This document shows, in pieces, positions 29,556 to 38,720 of a stretch of 64,000 nt of DNA; within the stretch, counting starts at the first letter, position 1; the number at the start of each line of letters is the position of its first letter. Under the pieces are notes generated by a model. It did not search any database and was not told where the DNA came from. It worked only from the letters and a program-made list of their open reading frames with translations. The translations under genes and the position numbers were made by a program. Source of the DNA: an uncultured Dehalococcoidia bacterium (GTDB taxonomy: Bacteria > Chloroflexota > Dehalococcoidia > DSTF01 > JACRBR01); NCBI GenBank assembly GCA_964487335.1, contig CAZAPT010000008.1, positions 27,425-91,424 of the forward strand, written 5' to 3'.

Positions 29556-32159
29556 ATGAAGCGTGCCTTCTTGGCCACGCTAGGACTCGCCGTCGTGGTA
29601 CTCGCGGGCTTCGGCCTCCTCGGGACCGCTGGCGTCGCGTCTGCTGCGAATACGCACGTGATCACGATCGCGAGCCCTCAGGCTAACACTGCGGTCGCGG
29701 TCGGAAACACCTTCACCTTCACCTTGGCCATTACGCAGTCGGACCCTCCGCCCGCGAACGGCTATAAGGCGATCCAGTGGGAAGTGGCGTACTCTGACAA
29801 CGTCTCGTTCGTGTCGGCGACGTACAACTGCACCGACCCGAGCGGCATCAACTTCCCGGCTGAGACCGACACGGCGCCGGTCGAGGGCCCCCTGATCCCG
29901 GGCGTCAAGAACCTGGGTGGTGGCTCCAACTGCGCCAGCTTGCGCGGTTCGTTCCACGGCACGAACGCGCTGGGAACGTTCGTGACCGTAGTCCTGCACT
30001 GCGACTCTGTGCTTAACAGCCAGGGCATGGCAGGCGACGCCGTCGTGATCCGCCCGGCGACGGACGCTGCCAACCCGGCCAACGACCCGCTGTTCGGCAC
30101 GACGCTCCTCGACGAGTTCGCCGCGGCGATCCCGACCGATGACGCGCCGGTGTCCGTGCTGCCCGGCTTCGGCCCGCAGGCGAACGTCCAGTTCGCGTGC
30201 GCCGCTCCGGTTGACTACTCCGTCCAGAAGACGCCGCCGACCCAGAATGCGTCCGGCGACGCTCCGAACAACGTAGCCAACCAGACGATCTCGATCGCGA
30301 ACCCGGACAACGCCGCGCACGCGGTTTTCCTCAATGACACCGTGCCGGCTGGCTTGACTGTCACTAACGTCGTGCCGAGCGCCGGTGCGAACTGCACCGT
30401 CGGTCCGGCCCCGGCCGCCGCGGGCCCTGGCCCAACGCCGCCGTACTACGGACCCGGTCCTTACCCGGCGGCTCCCGCGGGACACATCATCTGTGTCGGC
30501 GCGGCTCCGGGTGGCGGCTCGATGTCGGCAGTGGTGACCACCACGGCGAGCCCCGCTGCGGACTGCTCGACAGCGGTCAACACCGTCTCGGGCGGCCCGG
30601 CGGACGCGACGACGGCTGACGGCAACCTCGCCAACAACGGCGCGGGCGCCCAGATCGTCGTCGACTGCCCGAACATCTCGGTCACGAAGACGTGCGTGGA
30701 TGACAACGGCCCGCCCGCCTTCACTGACGACACCTTCACCTGCACCATCACTACGTCGAACGACGGCCCGGCCACTGGCTCGACCGCCCACAACGTGGTG
30801 CTGAGCAACGCCCTGAGCGGCGGCATGAGCTTCGTCTCGGCCTCGCCTCCGTGCGCGGGCGGCTTCCCGTGCGCGCTCGGCGACATCCCGGCCGGTGGCT
30901 CCGTCGTCGTGACGGTCCACGAGAAGGCTCCGTCCACGGCCGCAACGGCCTGTGACACGGCGTCTGCCACGCAGAATGCTCCTGGCCCGGCTTCCAACTC
31001 GGTCCAGGTCTGCCAGGACGTCAAGAACAAGTTCCCGCAGATCAACGGCTTCGCCAAGGACACGGGCGTCACCCCGACCAACCCGGACGGCTCGCTGAAC
31101 ACGAACTTCACGTTCACCTTCGGCAACCTGTTCCTCTGCAAGCCGCTCGGCTCTGCGAACCCGAACCTGCCGCCTCCTGGCGCCTTCTCCGGTGCTGGTG
31201 AGTCTGCTTGTGGCGTCTTCAAGATCGCCGAGATCGTCCAGGAACCGGACGACATCGACACCTGCCAGGACGACAACGACAAGGACGGCAAGGGCTGTGC
31301 CGGCATTCCCGGCCCGCTCTACCCGTTCCAGGACCCGTCTGACGGCTGCCGCCTGAACGCCTCGGACTACATCCCGGGCGTGACGAAGGTTGACTGCGAC
31401 GGCGGTGAGGTTCCTGAGGGCCTCGGCGCGGCCGAGTTCCAGGTCAAGTTCGACGACAAGATCTTCCAGTCGCCGACCTTCGACTGCACAGTGACCCCGA
31501 CCGGCTCTCCCGCGATCCTCGGCTCCACTGGCCGCCCGGTCATGCTCCAGGTTTCGGTCATCACCGAGAACTGGGTGCAGTTCGGCTGCGTGACCAAGGA
31601 CCCGGCGAACGACGGCAACCCGGCGACGAACTGCCCGCCGGCGAACACGCTGCCTGACGGCACGTGCCCCGGCCCGAGCATCGCCAACGCTTCCGTCCTC
31701 GGCACTCTGACGCTCACGGTGCAGAACGACCTCCTGTCGCGCATGCGCCCGGCGAAGGAGAACGGGGTCGTCAGCAACCTGCTTGACGAGAACTGCGAGA
31801 AGGCTGACACGCTTGGCCAGCCGTTCAACGAGGGCCTGGACGCCAATGGCTTCCTCAAGGCTCCGTCGGGCGGTCTCAGCCAGGACTGCAAGGACGCTGC
31901 GCTCACCGTTCGCATGCTCGAGGGTGACATCAACCTCGACTGCAAGGTGGACATCGCGGACGACCAGTCCGAGGCGTTCCGCTACGGCCAGTTCTTCGGC
32001 CAGCTTGCGTACAACCGGTTCTTCGATCTCGAGCCGCCGATTTCTCCGGACTTCGATATCGACATCAAGGACCTGCAGACGGTCTTCGGCCGCAACGGCT
32101 CCACCTGCGCGGCTCCGATCCCGGCTCAGAACCCGAACCCGACGACTCCTGACCCCTAG
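29556..32159 (+). CDS. Large secreted Cys-rich surface protein (cohesin-like, two DUF11-like, cohesin-like, C-terminal dockerin-like)
   Basis: AGGAGG RBS; signal peptide ending ASA; SVQK..NDTVPAG and SVTK..SNDGP..NVVLSNALSGGMSFVSA DUF11 patterns; GDINLDCKVDIAD..DIDIKDL dockerin-type repeats. Confidence 0.75.
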   Translation: MKRAFLATLGLAVVVLAGFGLLGTAGVASAANTHVITIASPQANTAVAVGNTFTFTLAITQSDPPPANGYKAIQWEVAYSDNVSFVSATYNCTDPSGINFPAETDTAPVEGPLIPGVKNLGGGSNCASLRGSFHGTNALGTFVTVVLHCDSVLNSQGMAGDAVVIRPATDAANPANDPLFGTTLLDEFAAAIPTDDAPVSVLPGFGPQANVQFACAAPVDYSVQKTPPTQNASGDAPNNVANQTISIANPDNAAHAVFLNDTVPAGLTVTNVVPSAGANCTVGPAPAAAGPGPTPPYYGPGPYPAAPAGHIICVGAAPGGGSMSAVVTTTASPAADCSTAVNTVSGGPADATTADGNLANNGAGAQIVVDCPNISVTKTCVDDNGPPAFTDDTFTCTITTSNDGPATGSTAHNVVLSNALSGGMSFVSASPPCAGGFPCALGDIPAGGSVVVTVHEKAPSTAATACDTASATQNAPGPASNSVQVCQDVKNKFPQINGFAKDTGVTPTNPDGSLNTNFTFTFGNLFLCKPLGSANPNLPPPGAFSGAGESACGVFKIAEIVQEPDDIDTCQDDNDKDGKGCAGIPGPLYPFQDPSDGCRLNASDYIPGVTKVDCDGGEVPEGLGAAEFQVKFDDKIFQSPTFDCTVTPTGSPAILGSTGRPVMLQVSVITENWVQFGCVTKDPANDGNPATNCPPANTLPDGTCPGPSIANASVLGTLTLTVQNDLLSRMRPAKENGVVSNLLDENCEKADTLGQPFNEGLDANGFLKAPSGGLSQDCKDAALTVRMLEGDINLDCKVDIADDQSEAFRYGQFFGQLAYNRFFDLEPPISPDFDIDIKDLQTVFGRNGSTCAAPIPAQNPNPTTPDP

Positions 32160-32196
32160 GCCAGGAACCGTCTGACCGGGTAACGGTTGGAAACAG

Positions 32197-32235
32197 AGAG
32201 CCGCCGGAGGGGAAACCCTCCGGCGGCTCTTCTTT
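32197..32235 (+). terminator. Strong intrinsic terminator
   Basis: AGAGCCGCCGGAGGG-GAAA-CCCTCCGGCGGCTCT followed by TCTTT. Confidence 0.9.
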
Positions 32236-32340
32236 GTCCTCGACAACCCTGCGTCGCTGGCGTGGCTCCAGCCACAGACCGCCACCGCCCTGCGTTCCAC
32301 GTCCGGATGCGGGCGTGCGATTAGTTTGCCGTAACGGTTC

Positions 32341-32363
32341 GTGACGCGGGCTTTCAGCCCGCG
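32341..32363 (+). repeat. REP-like element, family B
   Basis: GTGA-CGCGGGCT-ttc-AGCCCGCG. Confidence 0.75.
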
Positions 32364-32540
32364 CGTTCACACGTCACGCCAAGGCAGCGGGCGGCGTTGC
32401 CTTCAGCCGTCGAGGTGCGCTGACGGCGCCGAGCTTGCGCGGACACATCGCGCCGACGTCCGCGGCGCTCGTGGCGCGCAGATATCACACCCTTCCAATC
32501 AGCGTTTGCGAGCAGCGCATCAACTCGACACACTCCATCG

Positions 32541-33122
32541 ATGCGCTTCGTGATCATGTCAGCTGCCTGCGCCTGCGTTAGCGTCACCGTCGCCTGCTTC
32601 GGCGGCGGCGCCAGCAAGACTCCTACGCCCGCGCAGTCCCCCATCGCGAGTGTCGCCGCCGCGTCTACCGTCGCGCCGACGACCCCGGGCGCTACCGTCG
32701 TCTCGACGCCTCCACCGTCTGCCGGGGTCGCAAGCGATGGCAACGCCCCCGGCATTCCGCCGCTCACCGGTCCGATCCAGCAGACGCCGAGCGGTCTCCG
32801 TTACATCGATGAGGTGATCGGCAGCGGCGCGACGCCCGCGGCGGATGCCACCGTGACCGTCAATGAAACAACCTGGCTCGCGAATGGCCACAAGGTCGAG
32901 AGCACGTTCGACCGGAATCGGCCGTACACGTTTCCTCTAATGCAACCCGCGCTGGCCGGACTCGCCGAAGGCGTCTCGACGATGCACATCGGCGGCAAGC
33001 GCCGTCTGATCGTCCCGCCCGAACTCGGCTACGGCGCCAGCCCGGTCCCGGGCGCGCCGGGCGGCACCATTCCGGCGAATTCCACCCTGATCATCGATGT
33101 GGAACTGCTCTCGGTGCAGTAG
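32541..33122 (+). CDS. FKBP-type PPIase-fold lipoprotein with degenerate active site
   Basis: TVAC lipobox, TPSGLRYID..G.G, GGKRRLIVPPELGYG, IPANSTLIIDVELL. Confidence 0.85.
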   Translation: MRFVIMSAACACVSVTVACFGGGASKTPTPAQSPIASVAAASTVAPTTPGATVVSTPPPSAGVASDGNAPGIPPLTGPIQQTPSGLRYIDEVIGSGATPAADATVTVNETTWLANGHKVESTFDRNRPYTFPLMQPALAGLAEGVSTMHIGGKRRLIVPPELGYGASPVPGAPGGTIPANSTLIIDVELLSVQ

Positions 33123-33137
33123 CCGTGCCTGGTGCGG

Positions 33138-33446
33138 CTACCCGTCGTCGATCCGCGTCGCGATCCGCGTGCTACCTGCCGCGTAGAACTTCACCTTCAC
33201 CGGCAACCGTTGGTCGATGTGTACCCGCAGATGCGTCGCCGCCACGTTCGCCCCTGGCTCCGGCTGGAACGTGAAGTCCCATGCCTTCCCGGCGTCGTCC
33301 CGCATCGTGAACGTGGTCACCTGCCCCGTCGCGTCCGTGTGGATCTGGGGAAGCACTCCGTGCACCGGCGACACCGGCCCCGATCCTCCGCCCCCGCATC
33401 CAACGACGCACAACACCAACGCCGCGACAGCGACCGCCATCCTCAT
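33138..33446 (-). CDS. Small hypothetical lipoprotein
   Basis: Hydrophobic leader ending VVGCGGG; OB-fold-like short beta domain. Confidence 0.6.
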   Translation of the reverse strand: MRMAVAVAALVLCVVGCGGGGSGPVSPVHGVLPQIHTDATGQVTTFTMRDDAGKAWDFTFQPEPGANVAATHLRVHIDQRLPVKVKFYAAGSTRIATRIDDG

Positions 33447-33591
33447 CGCCCGCCATTATCCGAGATGCGCCCATAACGCTCTCGTTTCCGGCTAAGGTCA
33501 CGCTGTAAACGGTGTCGCGTACCGCTGCGTTTTGGCGGCGACCTCGCGCTCGCCAAACGATGACTTGCAACCGCAAATCGCGAACGGTAAC

Positions 33592-35061
33592 CTACCGGCC
33601 CGCCGCCACGGCCGCCTCCCGCTCGCCCGCTGCAGCTTCGTGCTCCGGCTCCGTCATCGTCGCTGCGGCATCCCGGTCCTTGATAAGGAACGCCGCGAAG
33701 AACCCGACCAGCGACAGCGCGGACGCCGCCAGGAACGCCTCCTGGAACGCCGTCAGCGCCCCAGCCTTCGTGAGCGGATTCCCCAGCTCCGCGCCGTGAT
33801 GCGCCAGCCGGTTCGTCAATACCGTCCCCAGCAGTGCCACCCCGAAGCTCGCTGCCACCTGCCGTCCGGAGTTGAAGATCGCGCTCGCTCGCCCGGTATC
33901 CTTCGCCTCGATCGTCGCGAACGTCGCCGTCTGCAACGGGATGAACGCGAACGCGAAACTGAACCCCCGGAACAGCATGATCAGCCGGATCCACCACTGG
34001 CTCGTCTCTAGGTCCACGAACGCGAACATCGCCGTCGTGATGCTCACCCCGGCCATCCCCATCATCAGCATCCGCCGCGGCCCGATGCGCCGGTAGATCA
34101 TTCCCGCCGGCCGCACCATCAGTGTCACGCCGACCGCCTGCGGGAACGTCGTCAAACCCGACTGCAGCGGGCTCAATCCGCGCTCCGCCTGCAGCAGCAA
34201 CGGCAACAAAAACAGCGCGCCCTGCATCCCAGCGAACGCCACCAACTGCACGCCGTTTGCCGCCGCGAAGAGCCGGTTCTTGAACAGCCGCACGTCGATC
34301 ATCGGCTCCGGCACCCGTAGCTCGACGAACACCAGCGCGGCCAGCATGGCCAGCCCTGCGAGCCCGAAGATCACCACGCGCGTGTCGAAGAACCCCCGCG
34401 ACCCCGCCTCCGACAGCGCGTACACCACCGAAGCCAGTCCGCCGGCCGAGAGGATGAATCCCGGCACGTCGAGCCGCCCCGGCGCCGCCTGCCGCTCTTC
34501 GCGAAGGAACAGTCCTGCGATCCCGAGCCCGACGAGCCCGATCGGGATGTTGATCAGGAAGATCCAGTGCCACGACTGGAACTCGACGAGATAGCCGCCC
34601 AGCACCGGCCCCGTCGCCGGCGCCACCGCCGCCGGTATCGAAAGCACCGCCGATGCCGTAGCCCGCTCCGATGGCGGATACGCTCGGAACAGCATCGCCG
34701 TCCCCACCGGCGTCAGCATCCCGCCGCCCACGCCCTGCAGCACCCGGAAGCAGATCAGCGCGCCGATGCTCCACGACAGCGAGCACAGCAGCGACGCCGT
34801 CGTGAACACCGTCAGCGCGAACATGAACACTCGCTTCGTTCCGAAGCGGTCGCCCGCCCACCCGCTCACCGGGATGAACACCGCCAGACTCAGCAGGTAG
34901 CCCGTCACCACCCACTCGACGGTCGTCGTGCTCGTGGAGAACTCGGACTTGAGCGTCGGCAGCGCGACGTTCGTGATCGTCATGTCGAGCAGGTCCATGA
35001 ACAGCCCGAACACGAAGACGATCCCGACGATGTGCTTGTACTGAAGTCTCTTAATCGCCAT
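33592..35061 (-). CDS. DHA2/EmrB-QacA family MFS transporter (copy 1)
   Basis: LDMTITNVALP, GDRFGTKR, RVLQGVGGG, WIFLINIPIG. Confidence 0.95.
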   Translation of the reverse strand: MAIKRLQYKHIVGIVFVFGLFMDLLDMTITNVALPTLKSEFSTSTTTVEWVVTGYLLSLAVFIPVSGWAGDRFGTKRVFMFALTVFTTASLLCSLSWSIGALICFRVLQGVGGGMLTPVGTAMLFRAYPPSERATASAVLSIPAAVAPATGPVLGGYLVEFQSWHWIFLINIPIGLVGLGIAGLFLREERQAAPGRLDVPGFILSAGGLASVVYALSEAGSRGFFDTRVVIFGLAGLAMLAALVFVELRVPEPMIDVRLFKNRLFAAANGVQLVAFAGMQGALFLLPLLLQAERGLSPLQSGLTTFPQAVGVTLMVRPAGMIYRRIGPRRMLMMGMAGVSITTAMFAFVDLETSQWWIRLIMLFRGFSFAFAFIPLQTATFATIEAKDTGRASAIFNSGRQVAASFGVALLGTVLTNRLAHHGAELGNPLTKAGALTAFQEAFLAASALSLVGFFAAFLIKDRDAAATMTEPEHEAAAGEREAAVAAGR

Positions 35062-35132
35062 GTGCGATCAGTGTCCGCGCCGGGCGATGGACGCGTCCAT
35101 CGCCCGGCTAGAAGCGAAAACTCGTGGCTGAC

Positions 35133-36614
35133 CTATCGCGCCGGCTCTGCCGCTGCTACCGCCTCCGACGCCGGCTCGACGGATGTCACCGGCTCGACGG
35201 CCTGCTGCCGCATCGTCGCCGCCGCATCCTTGTCGCGGATGAGCAGCGCCACCGCGATGCCCGCGAACGCGATCATCGCCATCACGAAGAACGCGTCGTG
35301 GAAGGCGTTCATCGAAACCCCGCGCGTCTGCGGCGCCCCGAGCGTCGCGCCATAGTGCGACAGCCGGCTCGTGAGCAGCGTCGCCGCCACCGCCACCCCG
35401 AAGCTCGACGCCACCTGGCTGCTCACGTTGTACACCGCAGTCGCGCGCCCTGTGTCCTTCGGTGCGATCTGCGCGTACGTCGCTGCCTGCAGCGGCACCA
35501 GCACCAGCCCGAAGCCGAGTCCGCGCAGCACCAGCACGCCGCGGATCACCCACAGGTTCGTGTCCACGTCCACGCGTACCAGCGCCAGCGACGTCACCGC
35601 CGCCACCGCCAGCCCCACGCCGATCATCCGCTGCGGCCCGATGATCCGGTACGCCCGGCTCGCCGGCTGCGCCATGAGCGCCACCCCGATCGCCATCGTG
35701 AACGTCGTCAGCCCCGATTCCAGCGCCGACAGTCCGCGCACCGCCTGCAGCTCCAGCGTCAGCAGGAAGATCATCGATGAGAATCCGAACATCGTCACAA
35801 GCCATGTCAGGTTGCACGCCCGGAACAGCCGGTTGGTGAAGATGCGCACGTCCAGCATCGGCTCGCGCGTCCGCAGCTCCACGACGACGAACGCTGCGAC
35901 GATCGCCAGTCCGGCCACGCCGAACCCGATGACTTTCGGATCGTCGAAGCCATTCGTCCCCGCTTCCGCCAGCGCGTACATCACCATCGCGAGCCCCGAA
36001 GCGGACAGCGCGAACCCGAGCGGGTCGAAGCGCCCCGCCGTCGGCTCGCGGTGCTCCCGAAGGAACAGCGCCGATATCGCCAGCGCCGTGATGCCGATCG
36101 GGATGTTCACCAGGAAGATCCAGTGCCATGACAGGTACTTCAGCAGCAGTCCACCGACGACCGGCCCGCTGGCCGGCGCCATCGACGCCGGGATGACCAT
36201 GATTCCCGCTGCCTTCGACCGCTCCTCCGGCGGGAATGCCCGCCATAGCGTCGCGAACGCCACCGGCGACAGCATCCCGCCGCCGACGCCCTGCAGCACA
36301 CGGAAGAAGATCAGCGCTTCGACGCTCCACGCCAGCGAACACAGCAGCGAGGCCGTCGTGAACACGGTCAGTGCGAACATGAACACCCGCTTCGTGCCGA
36401 AGCGGTCCCCTGCCCATCCGCTCACCGGGATGAACACCGCAAGGCTCAGCAGGTAGCCGGTGATCACCCACTGGATCGTCGTCGGCGAGGTCACGTCGAA
36501 TTCGCGTCCCAGCGTCGGGATCGCGACGTTCACGATTGTGCCGTCCATCAGCTCCATGAAGATGGAGAACACCGCAAGCATCGCGACGATGTACTTGTAT
36601 TCGATGCGCTTCAT
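35133..36614 (-). CDS. DHA2/EmrB-QacA family MFS transporter (copy 2)
   Basis: MDGTIVNVAIP, GDRFGTKR, RVLQGVGGG, WIFLVNIPIG. Confidence 0.95.
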   Translation of the reverse strand: MKRIEYKYIVAMLAVFSIFMELMDGTIVNVAIPTLGREFDVTSPTTIQWVITGYLLSLAVFIPVSGWAGDRFGTKRVFMFALTVFTTASLLCSLAWSVEALIFFRVLQGVGGGMLSPVAFATLWRAFPPEERSKAAGIMVIPASMAPASGPVVGGLLLKYLSWHWIFLVNIPIGITALAISALFLREHREPTAGRFDPLGFALSASGLAMVMYALAEAGTNGFDDPKVIGFGVAGLAIVAAFVVVELRTREPMLDVRIFTNRLFRACNLTWLVTMFGFSSMIFLLTLELQAVRGLSALESGLTTFTMAIGVALMAQPASRAYRIIGPQRMIGVGLAVAAVTSLALVRVDVDTNLWVIRGVLVLRGLGFGLVLVPLQAATYAQIAPKDTGRATAVYNVSSQVASSFGVAVAATLLTSRLSHYGATLGAPQTRGVSMNAFHDAFFVMAMIAFAGIAVALLIRDKDAAATMRQQAVEPVTSVEPASEAVAAAEPAR

Positions 36615-37276
36615 GCTGTTGCCTCCGTAAATGTCGTCGATGCTTCAGTCTCCGGCTGCAGTCCGCGCGTGATGTTCTCCGCGATCCCCCGCGCGTGCCG
36701 CCGTACCTCTTCGCGGTCCATCCCGAAGACCACTTGCGCGAAGAACCCGCACGTCAGGTTCATCCCCGCGATCCCGTGCGCGATCGCGTCGATGTCCGCG
36801 TCCGCACGCACCCGCCCCGCCCGCTGGTGCCGTCGCAGCTTCTCCGCGATGAGCTGCACGCGCGCGTTGTTGAGGTGATGCCCGATCACGTGCCCGATCT
36901 CCGGGTCAATGACGCTGCGCGACACCGTCACGCGCATGAAGTCGCGGTCAGCCCACATCGCGTCCAGCGGATACATGAGGAGCTGCTCGATCTCCTCCTC
37001 GACGGTCTCCCGGTCCGGCAGAGCGGCAGCCAGCTTCCCCGTCACATCCGCCGCCTTGTTCTCGAGGATCCACAACAGCAACCCGCGCTTCCCGTTGAAG
37101 TAGCGATGGATCAGCCCCTCCGAGCACCCGGCCCGTTCCGCGATCTCGCGCGTCGTGGCAGCGTCGTACCCGTGCTCGGCGAAGACGGCCGTCGCGGCCT
37201 CGGCCAGCGCCCGCTGCCGCTGCGCCTTCCCGTGCTTCCCGCGCTGGACCCCAATATGGGTGTGACGAACGGTCAT
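36611..37276 (-). CDS. TetR/AcrR-family regulator
   Basis: AATAVFAEHGYDAATTREIAERAGCSEGLIHRYFNGK HTH; ATGA overlap with MFS start. Confidence 0.95.
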   Translation of the reverse strand: MTVRHTHIGVQRGKHGKAQRQRALAEAATAVFAEHGYDAATTREIAERAGCSEGLIHRYFNGKRGLLLWILENKAADVTGKLAAALPDRETVEEEIEQLLMYPLDAMWADRDFMRVTVSRSVIDPEIGHVIGHHLNNARVQLIAEKLRRHQRAGRVRADADIDAIAHGIAGMNLTCGFFAQVVFGMDREEVRRHARGIAENITRGLQPETEASTTFTEATA

Positions 37277-37303
37277 TCCGGTCCTCGACAATCAAAATTG
37301 CGT

Positions 37304-37317
37304 GTGCATGCACTTTA
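37304..37317 (-). promoter_or_regulatory. Candidate TetR operator overlapping the -10 of the tetR-MFS operon
   Basis: Perfect palindrome GTGCATGCAC 37304-37313 overlapping TAAAGT (minus strand). Confidence 0.4.
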
Positions 37318-37441
37318 GAACTGCCGTCAGCCCCGCCACAAGCGCAGCCCAACACAAGATCTGAACTTCACCCTTGCCCCCACGCCGACTATAATCAGCC
37401 CATTCCGAACTCGGACGAAGGCGCATCGAAGGAGACATAAC

Positions 37442-38647
37442 ATGGGAGGCCCGCTCGAAGGCGTCAAGGTGGTCGAGATGGGCGTCTGGGTCGCCGGCCC
37501 CTCCGCCGCCGCCATCCTCTGCGACTGGGGCGCCGACGTCATCAAGATCGAGCCCCCCACCGGCGACCCCTTCCGGGGCCTCTTCGCCAGCGGCCTCGGC
37601 GTGGCTGTCCCCATCAACCCGCCGTTCGAGATCGACAACCGCGGCAAGCGCAGCATCTGCCTCGACCTCCAGAACGCCGAGGCGCGGGGAATCGCGGAAC
37701 AGCTCGTCCGCGACGCCGACGTCTTTGTCACGAACATGCGCCCGCGCGTGCTCGAGCAGTACGGCCTCGACTACGACGCCGTCCACGCCGCCAACCCGCG
37801 CCTCGTCTACTGCCAGGTCACCGGCCAGGGCCCCGACGGTGACGACCGCGACCGCGCGGCGTACGACATCGGCGCGTTCTGGTCGCGCTCAGGCGTCGGC
37901 GCGTCGCTCACCGGCCCCGGCCAGCCGATCGTGCAGCAGCGCGGCGGCATGGGCGACCACATGACCGGCTGTAACGCCGCCGGCGCCATCTCCGCGGCGC
38001 TCGTCCACCGCGAGCGCACCGGCGAGGGCCAGCGCGTCGCTGTCTCGCTCGTCCGCACCGGCGTCTACATGATGGGTTGGGACTTCGCGCTCGAAATGCG
38101 GCTCGGCGCGAAGACGATCCCCTACGACCGCTACCACGCGCCCAACCCCATCATCAACTCCTACCCGACGAAGGACGGCCGCTGGATGTGGCTGCTCCTC
38201 CTCCAGGCCGACAGACACTGGCCGGACCTCCTGCGCGCGATCGAACGCCCGGACCTGCAGGACGACGAGCGATGGGCCAACATCACGAACCGCCGCGTGA
38301 ACGCCGAGTCGCTCGTGCAGGAGCTCGACAAGGAACTCGAGAAGCGCACGCTCGACGAGTGGGCGGAGATCTTCGACCGCGAGAACGTCTGGTGGGCGCC
38401 GGTGAACACCATCTCGCAGGCGCTGCAGGATCCCGTCGCCCAGGCCGCAGGCGCATTCGCCGAAGTCTCCGGCCCCGACGGCGGCGCCGTGCCGATGGTG
38501 AACACACCCGCGGACTTCTACGGCACCCCGAACGCCCCGCGCGGCCTCCCCCCGGAGCTCGGCCAGCACACCGAGGAAGTCCTCCTCGAGCTCGGCTACG
38601 ACTGGGACAAGATCATCGCCCTAAAAGACGCCGGCGCGATCCCGTAG
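37442..38647 (+). CDS. CaiB/BaiF family III CoA-transferase
   Basis: VEMGVWVAGP, GADVIKIEPPTGD, NRGKRSICLDL, MGDHMTG, PELGQHTEEVL; TATAAT upstream. Confidence 0.9.
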   Translation: MGGPLEGVKVVEMGVWVAGPSAAAILCDWGADVIKIEPPTGDPFRGLFASGLGVAVPINPPFEIDNRGKRSICLDLQNAEARGIAEQLVRDADVFVTNMRPRVLEQYGLDYDAVHAANPRLVYCQVTGQGPDGDDRDRAAYDIGAFWSRSGVGASLTGPGQPIVQQRGGMGDHMTGCNAAGAISAALVHRERTGEGQRVAVSLVRTGVYMMGWDFALEMRLGAKTIPYDRYHAPNPIINSYPTKDGRWMWLLLLQADRHWPDLLRAIERPDLQDDERWANITNRRVNAESLVQELDKELEKRTLDEWAEIFDRENVWWAPVNTISQALQDPVAQAAGAFAEVSGPDGGAVPMVNTPADFYGTPNAPRGLPPELGQHTEEVLLELGYDWDKIIALKDAGAIP

Positions 38648-38720
38648 ACGCCGATCGGAAGCACGCGATCGGCGCGCGGCTGTTTAGTCCCATCTCGCGC
38701 AAATGCCGCATACTCTTCGC

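Noticed and set aside
29580-32300. 906-aa minus-strand ORF opposite the surface protein, and similar long antisense ORFs (5971-7677, 20935-22353, 60044-61582)
   Set aside because: Shadow ORFs expected in high-GC DNA; Arg/Ala/Gly-rich with no motifs, while the opposite strand encodes a recognisable protein.
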